64,000 nucleotides of DNA from contig JAMOPY010000023.1 of NCBI GenBank assembly GCA_027064305.1, positions 20,622-84,621 of the forward strand. The letters are read 5' to 3'. Source of the stretch: Methanobacteriota archaeon. GTDB taxonomy: Archaea > JAADCQ01 > Methanopyri > Methanopyrales > Methanopyraceae. This document shows positions 26,912 through 35,950 of this stretch, in pieces. The notes under the pieces were generated by a model. It searched no databases, was not told the origin of the DNA, and worked only from the letters and a program-made list of their open reading frames with translations. Numbering within the stretch: position 1 is the stretch's first letter; each line of letters begins with the position of its first letter. The position numbers and the translations under genes are program-made.

Positions 26912-27970
26912 GTGGACCTCTGGAAGCTCAACCGGAAGATGGCGCTGGCCACGGCCGCCGGCGTCGCCCTCCTCGCCCTGATGATCTGGTCGTTCAACCC
27001 GAGCCAGATAGCCTCCGCGCTCCGACGAGCGAACCCGTACATCCTGGTGCTGGCCACCCTCGCCCAGCTCGCCGACCTCCTCCTCTGGGCCGCCCGGTGG
27101 CACTTCGTGCTCCAACGAGCCGGCATCCGGGCCCCCTTCCGCCTCACCTTCCTGATTAATAACGCGTCGATGCTCATCAACAACGTGACCCCGAGCGCCC
27201 GCAGCGGGGGCGAGCCCCTGCGCATCTACCTGCTCTCCCGACTCACCGGGTGCCGGGCCCGCGACGTGGCCTCCTCCGTGGTCATAGACCGGATCCTGGA
27301 CTACTTCCCCCTCGTCGCGCTCCTGCTACTCGGACTCGCGTCGCTGCTCCAAAGCGGAAGCCGCATGACCCGACTGCTCGCGGCGGGCGTGCTGGTACTC
27401 ACGCTCGCGCTCGCGTTTTCCGTCTGGATCATGGCCAACGAGAGGATAATTCTCCGTTTCGGCACGCTCCTCTCCCGACTCCTGTCCCGAGCCCGACGGG
27501 ACGACGTCGACGCGCGCCGCGTCGAGCGCTGGGTCCGGCGCTTCGTCCGCAACTTCCGGCGGCTGCTCTCCGACCCGTGCACGCTGGCCTGCGGCACCGC
27601 GATCTCCTCCGCCATCTGGACCTGCGAGGTCCTCCGCACCTACCTCGTCTTCACCGCCCTGGACCGCGCCGTGCCCCTGTCCGTGATCGTGGTGGGGTTC
27701 GCCGTCTCCATGCTCGTCGGCGCGCTGCCCCTGCTCCCCGGCGGCCTGGGCGCGATCGAGGTCTCCGCGGCCTCCGCGTACGCGGCGCTGGGCGTCGATC
27801 GGGGCATCAGCGCCGCCGCGGTCCTACTTGACAGGGTAATCTCTTATTGGATGGTCAACGCGGTCGGGCTGGCGAGCCTACTGCACATCTCTCGCAGGAG
27901 GGGCAGGGGAGAGCTGCACGATGCCGTACGAGCTGGGCAAAGTGGAGACGATCATTCGACCCTCCGATGA
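26912..27970 (+). CDS. UPF0104 / lysylphosphatidylglycerol-synthase TM (flippase-like) membrane protein
   Basis: RW, NNVTPSARSGGEPLR, DR..D, PGGLGAIE and DRVISYW. Confidence 0.88.
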   Translation: MDLWKLNRKMALATAAGVALLALMIWSFNPSQIASALRRANPYILVLATLAQLADLLLWAARWHFVLQRAGIRAPFRLTFLINNASMLINNVTPSARSGGEPLRIYLLSRLTGCRARDVASSVVIDRILDYFPLVALLLLGLASLLQSGSRMTRLLAAGVLVLTLALAFSVWIMANERIILRFGTLLSRLLSRARRDDVDARRVERWVRRFVRNFRRLLSDPCTLACGTAISSAIWTCEVLRTYLVFTALDRAVPLSVIVVGFAVSMLVGALPLLPGGLGAIEVSAASAYAALGVDRGISAAAVLLDRVISYWMVNAVGLASLLHISRRRGRGELHDAVRAGQSGDDHSTLR

Positions 27971-28277
27971 GGGGGTCGTGTCCGCCGACCAGCAGGTCCT
28001 CGCCACCGTCAGCCTGCACCGCGGGCCCACCATCATCGCCGAGGTGGACCCGCGCCTGGCCGGGGAGCTGGAGGAGGACGACCACGTGATCGTGGACCTC
28101 CCGCTCGTCCCCTCCCCCAACGAGGCCCGCCCGCAGCCCAGGATAGTTAAAATTATTAAGGACGAAAAGCTCGTGAACCGGATGAAGGCGGAGATTGAGA
28201 AGGAGCCGGAGGCGGTCGTGCCCGCCGTCGTTCCCGGACACCCGCCCACACCCCCGCCGGAGGACATGTTCGGCTAA
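27921..28277 (+). CDS. Hypothetical protein (possible OB-like beta-barrel with Pro-rich tail)
   Basis: ATG with upstream GGGGAGAG and typical codon usage. Confidence 0.7.
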   Translation: MPYELGKVETIIRPSDEGVVSADQQVLATVSLHRGPTIIAEVDPRLAGELEEDDHVIVDLPLVPSPNEARPQPRIVKIIKDEKLVNRMKAEIEKEPEAVVPAVVPGHPPTPPPEDMFG

Positions 28278-28301
28278 TTAGCGCCAAGGGGCCCACGATC
28301 G

Positions 28302-30185
28302 ATGATCTTCCGCCGCAAAAGGCCCGAGGAGGAGGATGAGGGCGAGGAGGGTCCCAAGCTCAAGCTGTCGGTCGGCGGTGGAGGGGACGAAGAGGAGGGA
28401 GGAGGGGACGAGGGACCACCCAAGCTAAAGCTCCCCAAGCCCGAGAAGGCCCGGGAGGAGCGAGAGGAAGGGGAAGGGGAGGAAGAGGAGGAGTCGGGCG
28501 GCGCGATCAAGCTCAAGCTCAAACCGCCCAAGCCGGAGGCCGCGGAGGAGGCCGAGGAGGAAGAGGAGGCCAAACCCGCCCCCGCCCCGGCCCCCGCGAG
28601 GGAGGAGGAAGAGGAGGAAGAGGAGCCCGAAGCGGCCCCGGGCTCCGAGGACCTGGAGCGGCTGAAGCGGGAGAACGAGCGACTCCGGCGCGAGCTGGAG
28701 GAGTGGAAGGACAAGGCCGAGAGCGCGATCGGGGAGCGCGACAGGCTCCGAGAGGAGGTCAAGCGCCTCAAGGAGGAGCTGAAGGAGCGGGAGGAGGAGC
28801 TGGACCGGTACGTCAAGGCCACCAAGCGCCTGAAGGAGAAGATCGAGGAGCTGAAGTCCAAGTACGAGGAGCTCAAGTCCAAGGCGGAGGAGTACCGGGA
28901 GAAGTACGAGGAGGCCACTCAGAAGCAGCAGGAGCTTAAGGACAAGCTGGAGGACCTATCCGAGCAGAACAAGAAGCTGGTGAAGAGCGTCAAGAAGCTC
29001 AAGAGCAAGTACGAGAAGATCAAGGAGGAGAAGGAGAAGCTCGAGCGCAAGCTGGAGGAGCTGTCCGAGGCGGAGGAGCGAATCGAGGAGCTCAAGTCCA
29101 AGATCGAGGAGCTGAAGCGGGAGCGCGACGAGCTCCGGAAGCAGCTCGAGCAGCTCTCCTCGGAGAACGAGCGGCTCCAGTCCAAGCTGAAGGAGGCGGA
29201 GAAGCGGATCAAGGAGCTGAGCTCCAAGCTCAAGGACCGCGAGAGGAAGCTCCGGAAGTCCCGGAAGCAGGTCAAGAAGCTGCGCCGGGAGCTCAAGCGG
29301 AAGGACGAGGAGATCGAGAGGCTCAAGAAGAAGGTCTCCCAGCTCACCGCCCAGATCAAGCGGTACGAGGAGGGCGAGCAGCTGCTCATCCCCGCCGGCA
29401 CCGAGATGGCCGTGGCGCGCGTCAACGGCAGCCTCGTCGTGGGCAAGGACTCCTCCATCCAGTCGATGCACGACGAGGAACCCATCCTCATCAAGGAGAG
29501 CGTCAGCATCCGGGACAACTCGCGCGTCCACGGCACCATCGTCGCCAAGGAGGTGGAGATCGGGAAGGGAGTCAAGGTGCTGGGCGACGTGATCTCCAAG
29601 GACGGTGTCCGGATCCGCGAGGGGGCCGAGATCACCGGTAACGTCGTCTCCCAGGACGCCGTCGAGCTCGGCTCGGGCGTGCGGATCGACGGGTCGGTCG
29701 TGGTCGGATCCGACGCCTCGCTGGCCAGCAACGTGAGCGTGTCCGGCATCATCGTCGCTCCGGGCAAGGTTAAGGCCTCGGACCGACTGTCCGCCTCCGC
29801 CGTCATCTGCAAGGAGCTGGAAACGACGGGCTCCGTCGAGTGCGAGTACATCCTCTCCGACGAGCGCGTCAAGCTCGGCGACGGCAGCACCGTGAAGACC
29901 GTCATCGTGAAGGAGGGCCCCGTCGAGCAGGGCGCCAGCTCCTGCATCTACAACGGGTCGCTGTCCGTCCGGGACGCCGACGGGCTCACCCTGTACGTGG
30001 ACGGTGACGCGTTCGACACGCCCGAGGCCAACGACGTCCTGAAGAAGATCCTCTCCCGCACCGAGTTCCTGGGGCCGCTGAAGCTCGTGGACGACCGCAA
30101 CAGCGCCCGGTTCGTGCTGGAGAGCCTCACCGACATCGGCGTCTCCGAGCTGGTCCGGGAGATCCGGGAGGAGCTCGGCGTCTAG
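28302..30185 (+). CDS. Long coiled-coil protein with acidic disordered N-terminus and C-terminal bactofilin-like/beta-helix repeats
   Basis: E-rich N-terminus with KLKL motifs, ~240 aa E/K heptad region, then repeats such as V.GTIVAKEVEIG.GVKV.GDV. Confidence 0.85.
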   Translation: MIFRRKRPEEEDEGEEGPKLKLSVGGGGDEEEGGGDEGPPKLKLPKPEKAREEREEGEGEEEEESGGAIKLKLKPPKPEAAEEAEEEEEAKPAPAPAPAREEEEEEEEPEAAPGSEDLERLKRENERLRRELEEWKDKAESAIGERDRLREEVKRLKEELKEREEELDRYVKATKRLKEKIEELKSKYEELKSKAEEYREKYEEATQKQQELKDKLEDLSEQNKKLVKSVKKLKSKYEKIKEEKEKLERKLEELSEAEERIEELKSKIEELKRERDELRKQLEQLSSENERLQSKLKEAEKRIKELSSKLKDRERKLRKSRKQVKKLRRELKRKDEEIERLKKKVSQLTAQIKRYEEGEQLLIPAGTEMAVARVNGSLVVGKDSSIQSMHDEEPILIKESVSIRDNSRVHGTIVAKEVEIGKGVKVLGDVISKDGVRIREGAEITGNVVSQDAVELGSGVRIDGSVVVGSDASLASNVSVSGIIVAPGKVKASDRLSASAVICKELETTGSVECEYILSDERVKLGDGSTVKTVIVKEGPVEQGASSCIYNGSLSVRDADGLTLYVDGDAFDTPEANDVLKKILSRTEFLGPLKLVDDRNSARFVLESLTDIGVSELVREIREELGV

Positions 30186-31255
30186 GCGAGCAGGCCCCGC
30201 CTCCTCCCCACGTACCAGTGCACCGACCGACCTTCCCGCTCGAACCCCCTACCCCGAATTCTCCACCCCTTCCCCTCCCTGAAGGCCCTGCACAGCTCCC
30301 TACCGGACCCCCCGCCCAACGTCAGCTCGTTCTCGTCCTCCAGGTACCGGACGGTGACCTCCTCCCCGCTCCCGACCCTCACCCGCTCCTTCACCCGACC
30401 GTTCACCTTCAGCACCGCACGATCCGACTCCAGCACCAGCTCGTAAAAGTCCAGGTGATCCACCACCTCACTCCCGACCACGAGCGAACGCTCCGGCACG
30501 TCCCCCTCCACCCTGGCCCCCGCCCCGATCACCGACCAGCGACCCACGCGCGCCCCGCGCACGAGGGCTCGCATCCCCACGAAGCAGCGCTCTCCCACCC
30601 GGGACGACTCCACCCGCGCCCCGTCGCCGACGAACGTCAACGGCCCCAGCTCCGCGTCCCGGACGGTGCAGTGGGCGGACACGCTCACCCGCTTGTGCAG
30701 CACCGAGCCGACGACCCGGCTGAAGTTGGAGACCATCGCGCCGCCGTGCACGGTGGACCGCGAGAGCTCCGTGAAGGCCGCGATCCGGGCGTTGCCCCGC
30801 ACGCGCACGTTCCGAGCGCGCGCGTGCTGCGGGTGCTTGAAGGCGGGACACTCGAAAACGTCATCCCGTTTCCTGATCTTGAACCACCGATTCGCCGGAG
30901 CGCGCTCCGGATCCACCACCACGGTCAGGTCCAGGAACACCCGGCGACCCCACCACCGCTCCAGCCTCCTGCGCGCCTCCACCCCGATCCTACGCACCGT
31001 GCGGCCGCCGCGACCGATCACGGTGCCCTTGAGCGACTCCTTGTGAACGACCAGCTCCGCCCGCACGTACAGGACGTCGCGCCGCCTCAGCCCGGGTCGA
31101 ACCTCGAGAACGTCCACCCCCACCTCCCGGGGCAGCGAGCCGTGGAGCACGCGCCGGAGGGCCTCCCGGATGGCCCGGCGCGCGTCACTCCTCCACCGGG
31201 ACGATGTAGTACTCGTAGTTCGGTCTCCGCTGCGCCCGGACCGCCTCCTGCTCAC
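30182..31255 (-). CDS. Era-type KH domain fused to left-handed beta-helix (hexapeptide) repeats; start uncertain
   Basis: IREAL...LP..V.V...LYVRAELVV.KES.KG.VIGRGG..VRRIG.EAR..LE...G.RVFLDL.V, then hexapeptides such as VGERCFVGMRALV. Confidence 0.7.
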   Translation of the reverse strand: MSRRRSGRSGDRTTSTTSSRWRSDARRAIREALRRVLHGSLPREVGVDVLEVRPGLRRRDVLYVRAELVVHKESLKGTVIGRGGRTVRRIGVEARRRLERWWGRRVFLDLTVVVDPERAPANRWFKIRKRDDVFECPAFKHPQHARARNVRVRGNARIAAFTELSRSTVHGGAMVSNFSRVVGSVLHKRVSVSAHCTVRDAELGPLTFVGDGARVESSRVGERCFVGMRALVRGARVGRWSVIGAGARVEGDVPERSLVVGSEVVDHLDFYELVLESDRAVLKVNGRVKERVRVGSGEEVTVRYLEDENELTLGGGSGRELCRAFREGKGWRIRGRGFEREGRSVHWYVGRRRGLLA

Positions 31256-31694
31256 ACACGTACACCACCAGGCAGGGGTGCGGGGCCTCCACGTACCGGA
31301 CGTCTCCCCGCCGCGTCGTGATCGCGGCCAGCGGGTCCCCCTTCCTGAGCCGGTCCCCCACGTCGGCGATCGGGGTGACCACGTACCCCTCCACCGGGAC
31401 CTGGTACACCCGCTCCCCGGGCCGCAGGAACACCAGCGATCTCCGGTCCGGCGGCTCGATGATCACGTGCCGGGTGACGCGGGCCTCCATGGCATCGAAC
31501 GCGGCCCTCGCCTCCTCGTACACGACCTTGCGGCAGACGACCGGTTCCTCCAGCTCCTCGAGCAGACGCTCGGCCAGCTCCCGCGAGCGCACGACGATAC
31601 GGTGCTCCTCGTCCGTCAGTATGAACTCCTCGTCCGGGAGCCCATCCTCGACCTCCTCCTCGTCCACCTCCAGGAAAAACCGGGGTAGGGGCAA
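31185..31694 (-). CDS. DUF2118-like protein (biotin/lipoyl-hybrid-like fold)
   Basis: VPVEGYVVTPIADVGDRLRKGD.LA.ITTRRGDVRYV.AP. Confidence 0.7.
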   Translation of the reverse strand: MPLPRFFLEVDEEEVEDGLPDEEFILTDEEHRIVVRSRELAERLLEELEEPVVCRKVVYEEARAAFDAMEARVTRHVIIEPPDRRSLVFLRPGERVYQVPVEGYVVTPIADVGDRLRKGDPLAAITTRRGDVRYVEAPHPCLVVYVCEQEAVRAQRRPNYEYYIVPVEE

Positions 31695-31707
31695 CGCCCG
31701 ACACTCC

Positions 31708-32682
31708 CTAGAACTCCCGCTCGACCACGAAGTCCGCCACCGCCTCGAGGAACTCCCGGTGCTCGTTCCCCGGCAGCCGACTCAGGGCCTCCTTCGCGGC
31801 CTCCGCGTACTCGCGCGCCCGCTCCCGGGCGTAGTCTATCGCCCCGAGCTCCCGAAGGATCTCGATCACCTCCAGCACCTCCTCCCGGGAGGCGTCCTCG
31901 TTGCCCAGCACGCTCAGGATCCGCTCCCGCTGCCCCTCGTCCGCCCGCTCCAGCCCCTTGATGATGATGAGCGTCTTCTTGCCCTCGACGATGTCGCTGC
32001 CGACCGGCTTGCCCAGCTTCGACTCGTCCCCCACCAGGTCCAGGACGTCGTCCTGGATCTGGAAGGCGATACCGAGGTTCTCCCCGTACTCGGCCAGCGC
32101 GGTCAGCTGGTCGTCGTCGGCCCCCGCCTTGAGCCCGCCGACCACGCAGGAGGCTCGGATGAGCGCGGCCGTCTTCTTGCGCACCATCTCCAGGAACTCC
32201 TCCTCCGTCACGTCATCCCGCTCCTCGAACTCCAGGTCCATGGCCTGCCCCTCGCAGATCTCCGTGCAGGCGCGGGCCAGCTCCCTCACCACCCGGATGT
32301 CCCCGCCCTCGGCGGCCACCTCGAACGCCTTGGAGAAGAGCGTGTCCCCGGCGAGGATGGCGACGGGGACGTTCCAGCGGACGTGGACCGCCTCCACGCC
32401 GCGACGCTCCTCGTCCTCGTCCATGATGTCATCGTGGATCAGCGTGAACGTGTGGATGAGCTCCACGGCGGCCGCCTCCGGGAGCACGTCCTCCGGGGCG
32501 CCGCCCAGGGCCTGGCAGGACTTGATGGCGAGCAGGGGCCGGAAGCGCTTGCCCCCGGCCTCAATCAGGTGCCAGCAGGCGTCGTACAGCTCCGCGGCCC
32601 CACCCCGGGGCAGCACCTCCCGGATCTTGTCGTCCACCAGCTCCCCGGCCCGCTCCAGCTCCTCGAGCACCCGATCATGCAT
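31708..32682 (-). CDS. idsA: Geranylgeranyl diphosphate synthase
   Basis: GGKRFRP, LIHDDIMD.D..RRG, GQAMD, KT and FQIQDD.LD. Confidence 0.96.
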   Translation of the reverse strand: MHDRVLEELERAGELVDDKIREVLPRGGAAELYDACWHLIEAGGKRFRPLLAIKSCQALGGAPEDVLPEAAAVELIHTFTLIHDDIMDEDEERRGVEAVHVRWNVPVAILAGDTLFSKAFEVAAEGGDIRVVRELARACTEICEGQAMDLEFEERDDVTEEEFLEMVRKKTAALIRASCVVGGLKAGADDDQLTALAEYGENLGIAFQIQDDVLDLVGDESKLGKPVGSDIVEGKKTLIIIKGLERADEGQRERILSVLGNEDASREEVLEVIEILRELGAIDYARERAREYAEAAKEALSRLPGNEHREFLEAVADFVVEREF

Positions 32683-32698
32683 TTCCCTCTCCCCTTTT

Positions 32699-34051
32699 TC
32701 AGATGGGTAACTCGATCCGGGTGCCGTCCAGCGTTAGGAACAGGTCCGTATTGATTTCGTACCCCTCCTGCGTGGCCAGCTCCGCGTAGGCCGCCAACAT
32801 GTCCGGGTCCCCGTGCGCCGGCACGATGAACTCGGGCTGCAGCATGCGGAGCAGGAGCCGATGGTCCTCCCGGCCGGCGTGCCCGGAGACGTGCACGTCC
32901 TTGAACATCTTCACGCCCTTCAACCGGAGCTTGGTCTCGAGCTTGTACCGGTTGGACCGGTTAATGGGGGACGGGATGACGGAGGAGGAGAAGATCACCC
33001 CGTCCTGCTCGGTCAACCGGTAGGGGAGCTCGTCGTCCGCCATCCGGGTCAGCACGGCGCCGGGCTCGCCCTGGTGCCCCGTCACGATGAGCAGGTACTC
33101 CTCCTTCTCCTCGCACGCGCGCTCCAACCCGCGCCGGATCGTGTCCGGCTTGTCGTAGATCCGCGCCCCGGCCGGCAGGTTCAGCAGTCCCAGCTCCTCG
33201 GCCACGCGGCCGTACTTGCCCAGGGAGCGACCCGCGAGCACGACCCGCCGACCGAGCCGGTCCGCGGTGTCCGCGATGGCCTGAATGCGCTCGATGTGCG
33301 AGGAGAACGTGGTCACGATGATCCCCTCGGTCTCCTCGTCCGCGAAGCGCAGGACGTCGCTGACCATCTCCCGGGCCACGGACTCGGACGGGGTCTTGAT
33401 CTCCTCGGCGACCCGAAGACTCTCCGGGATGAGCAGCAGCACGCCCTCCTTACCCAGCTGCTTCAACCGCTTGTAGTCCGGCTGGTAACCGATCATCTGG
33501 CGATCGTCGAACTTGAAGTCGCACGCGTACACGATCGCCCCGTAAGGGGTGTGAAGGACCGGCAGCACGCTGCCCGGGATGCTGTGGCTGATGGGCACGA
33601 ACTCCAGCCGCAGCCGCCGCGAGATCTGCACCTCGTCCCCCGGCTCGACCGCGTACAGGTTCATCCGCACCTCCTCGGCCTCCTCCGCGTACCGCTCCTC
33701 GTTCTCCAGGTCCCGCTTCACCAGCTCGATGGTGAACCGGGTCCCGAACACCGGGCACCGGTACCGGAACAGGAGCTTGGGGACGGCGCCGATGTGATCC
33801 AGGTGCGCGTGCGAGAGGGCCACGGCCACCGCCTTGGACCGGTACCGACGCAGTATCGTGTCGTCCGGGATCGCCTTCACGTCCCGCAGCTCCCGGGTGG
33901 ACGCCTTGGGGAAATCCTTCCGGAACACGAGGGACTTGTCCAGCGACATGCCGCAGTCGAAGATCACGAGCTCGTCGTCCACCCGCACGGCCGTCATGTT
34001 CCGGCCACCGGCCTCCCCGTACCCTCCGACCGCGAACACCTCCACGCCCAA
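32699..34051 (-). CDS. rnj: Ribonuclease J (beta-CASP MBL)
   Basis: GGYGEAG.RNMT, SHAHLDHIG, HSIP, DFK, FSSHIER, GHQGEP and HVSGHA. Confidence 0.93.
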   Translation of the reverse strand: MGVEVFAVGGYGEAGGRNMTAVRVDDELVIFDCGMSLDKSLVFRKDFPKASTRELRDVKAIPDDTILRRYRSKAVAVALSHAHLDHIGAVPKLLFRYRCPVFGTRFTIELVKRDLENEERYAEEAEEVRMNLYAVEPGDEVQISRRLRLEFVPISHSIPGSVLPVLHTPYGAIVYACDFKFDDRQMIGYQPDYKRLKQLGKEGVLLLIPESLRVAEEIKTPSESVAREMVSDVLRFADEETEGIIVTTFSSHIERIQAIADTADRLGRRVVLAGRSLGKYGRVAEELGLLNLPAGARIYDKPDTIRRGLERACEEKEEYLLIVTGHQGEPGAVLTRMADDELPYRLTEQDGVIFSSSVIPSPINRSNRYKLETKLRLKGVKMFKDVHVSGHAGREDHRLLLRMLQPEFIVPAHGDPDMLAAYAELATQEGYEINTDLFLTLDGTRIELPI

Positions 34052-34054
34052 CCG

Positions 34055-35170
34055 CTAACACCCCTGACGGCGATCGCCCGAGCAGACCCGCTCGGGATCG
34101 ATCCCTCGACACTCCAACCACTCCTTAAGCCGCCCGTGAACCACGATCGGAACCCTGCTCATCTCCTCCACGGTCCGGCACCCGGTCATCAGCATCGCGA
34201 TCCTGGCCTCCCTGGCCACGGTCCGCAGGAACCGCACGCACCCCGACACGCCCTCGGACAGCACCTTCCGAAGCACCGGCAGGGCCATCCCCGCGCAGTC
34301 CCCGCCCAGCGCCAGCACCTTCGCCACGTCCAGCCCATCCCGCACGCCGCCGGTCCCGATCACGGGAACGTCGGGCCCCACCACCCGCCTCACCTCCAGG
34401 ATCGAGGCGGCGGTCGGCACCCCCCACCGCGAGAACGCGCGGCCCACGGGCGCCTCCCCGTGCGCCCGAGAGCGCACGGACTCCACCACCGCCCAGTTCG
34501 TGCCGCCCGCCCCGCCCACGTCGATCCCGTCCACGACGTCCTTGACCAGCTCCGCGTCCTCGGCCGACACGCCCGTCCCCGTCTCCTTCAACACCACGGG
34601 CACGTCCACGGCCTCCCGCACCTCCTCCAGCGTTTCCACGAACCCCGACGCGTCGGGCTCCCCCTCCAGCTGCACCGCCTCCTGCAGCACGTTCACGTGC
34701 ACGGCCAGCGCGTCCGCGTCCACCATGTCCACGACCTCCACCGCCAGGTCCGCCCCACCCTCCCGCAACTGCGGCAGCCCGATGTTCGCCAGCACCAACC
34801 CGTCCGGGTACTCCTCCCGCACGACCTCGAACGTCCACCGCACCTCCGGATCCTCCACCCCCGCCCGCTGACTACCCACGCCGATCCCGATCCCCAGCTT
34901 CCGCGCGACCACCCCCAGCCTCCGGTTGATCTCCCCCGTCTTCGGGTGACCGCCCGTCATCCCCGCGATGATGAGCGGAAACGACAGCTCCTTCCCGAAC
35001 AACCGCACCCGCGTGTCCACCTCATCCATGTCCAGCTCCGGCAGCGCCCGGTGCACCAGGTGCACGCACTCAAAGAGCGGGCTCGCGTCGGACTCCACGT
35101 CCTCCCACACGCAGGCCAACACGTGCTCCCACTTCCGCTCCCTAGTCCCGCCGGACCACCCGCGTTCCAA
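34055..35170 (-). CDS. fni: Type 2 isopentenyl-diphosphate delta-isomerase
   Basis: RK.EH, AGMTGG, GVGSQR, ANIG, QE..Q.EG, KETG and GGAGGTNW. Confidence 0.96.
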   Translation of the reverse strand: MERGWSGGTRERKWEHVLACVWEDVESDASPLFECVHLVHRALPELDMDEVDTRVRLFGKELSFPLIIAGMTGGHPKTGEINRRLGVVARKLGIGIGVGSQRAGVEDPEVRWTFEVVREEYPDGLVLANIGLPQLREGGADLAVEVVDMVDADALAVHVNVLQEAVQLEGEPDASGFVETLEEVREAVDVPVVLKETGTGVSAEDAELVKDVVDGIDVGGAGGTNWAVVESVRSRAHGEAPVGRAFSRWGVPTAASILEVRRVVGPDVPVIGTGGVRDGLDVAKVLALGGDCAGMALPVLRKVLSEGVSGCVRFLRTVAREARIAMLMTGCRTVEEMSRVPIVVHGRLKEWLECRGIDPERVCSGDRRQGC

Positions 35171-35870
35171 CGCGCTCCCCCCGCAGGAACCTATCCACGT
35201 TGTCCGGATCGCTCGCGTCGAAGAGGAGCACTTCTACCCCGGCCTCCGCGATCCGAGCCGCCCGCCGCAGCTTCTCCGCAATCCCTCCCGTCACGTCCAC
35301 CCCGGCCGCTCCCTCCAACCGCTCCGCCAGCGCCCGCGCCTCCCCCGGGGTCAACTCCTTAAACGGCTCCCCCACCCCCGGCCGCTCCGGGTACACCCCG
35401 TCCACGTCCATCCCGAAGCCCACCCGATCCACCCGCAGCACCGCCAACCGCTCCAGAATCTCATCCCCCGACATGATCCGGAACCCGTCCCCGGCCGGCA
35501 CCACGTCCCCGTACAACATCGGCACGCAGCCCCGCTCCAACACCTCCACCACCACGTTCACCGAGCGCAGCAACACCGCCGGCGGCAGCGCGTACACCCG
35601 CACCCCCGCCTCCACCGCCGCCCGCTCCATCACCCCCACCAACTCGTGCATCGCCTCCCGAACCCGCGTAACCCCCTCCTCCAACGACCCCACCCGACGG
35701 GCCTCGTAGTGCCCGAACGAGCCCCCACCGTGCACCAGGATCAGCCGACCCTCCCAGCCCACCAGCCGCTGCATGAGCTCCCGGATCAACCCCTCCCGGG
35801 CCGTCCTCGGCCGACGCTTGTCCGTGATCACGCTGCCCCCCAGCTTCAACGCCCGGATCAGCCCCACCAC
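35142..35870 (-). CDS. ipk: Isopentenyl phosphate kinase
   Basis: LKLGGSVITDK, VHGGGSFGH, GDVV, SGD, DVDGVY and DVTGGI..K. Confidence 0.93.
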   Translation of the reverse strand: MVGLIRALKLGGSVITDKRRPRTAREGLIRELMQRLVGWEGRLILVHGGGSFGHYEARRVGSLEEGVTRVREAMHELVGVMERAAVEAGVRVYALPPAVLLRSVNVVVEVLERGCVPMLYGDVVPAGDGFRIMSGDEILERLAVLRVDRVGFGMDVDGVYPERPGVGEPFKELTPGEARALAERLEGAAGVDVTGGIAEKLRRAARIAEAGVEVLLFDASDPDNVDRFLRGERVGTRVVRRD

Positions 35871-35874
35871 CCCC

Positions 35875-35934
35875 GGCGATGAGGACACCCGAGGCCTCGG
35901 GGAACCGATGACCGAAGCGGTGGGCGACCGAGCC
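35875..35934 (+). ncRNA. Candidate box C/D guide sRNA (degenerate D'/C' boxes)
   Basis: GGC-g-ATGAGGA...ATGACCGA-AGCGGTGGGCGA-CCGA-GCC, 60 nt, intergenic. Confidence 0.6.
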
Positions 35935-35950
35935 CCTCGGGGGCCGCCCC

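Noticed and set aside
28320-29400. GAG/AAG-rich low-complexity DNA resembling tandem repeats
   Set aside because: Explained by Glu/Lys-rich coiled-coil coding.
31708-35870. RNase J gene inside the ipk-fni-idsA isoprenoid operon
   Set aside because: This is a common conserved arrangement in Euryarchaeota.
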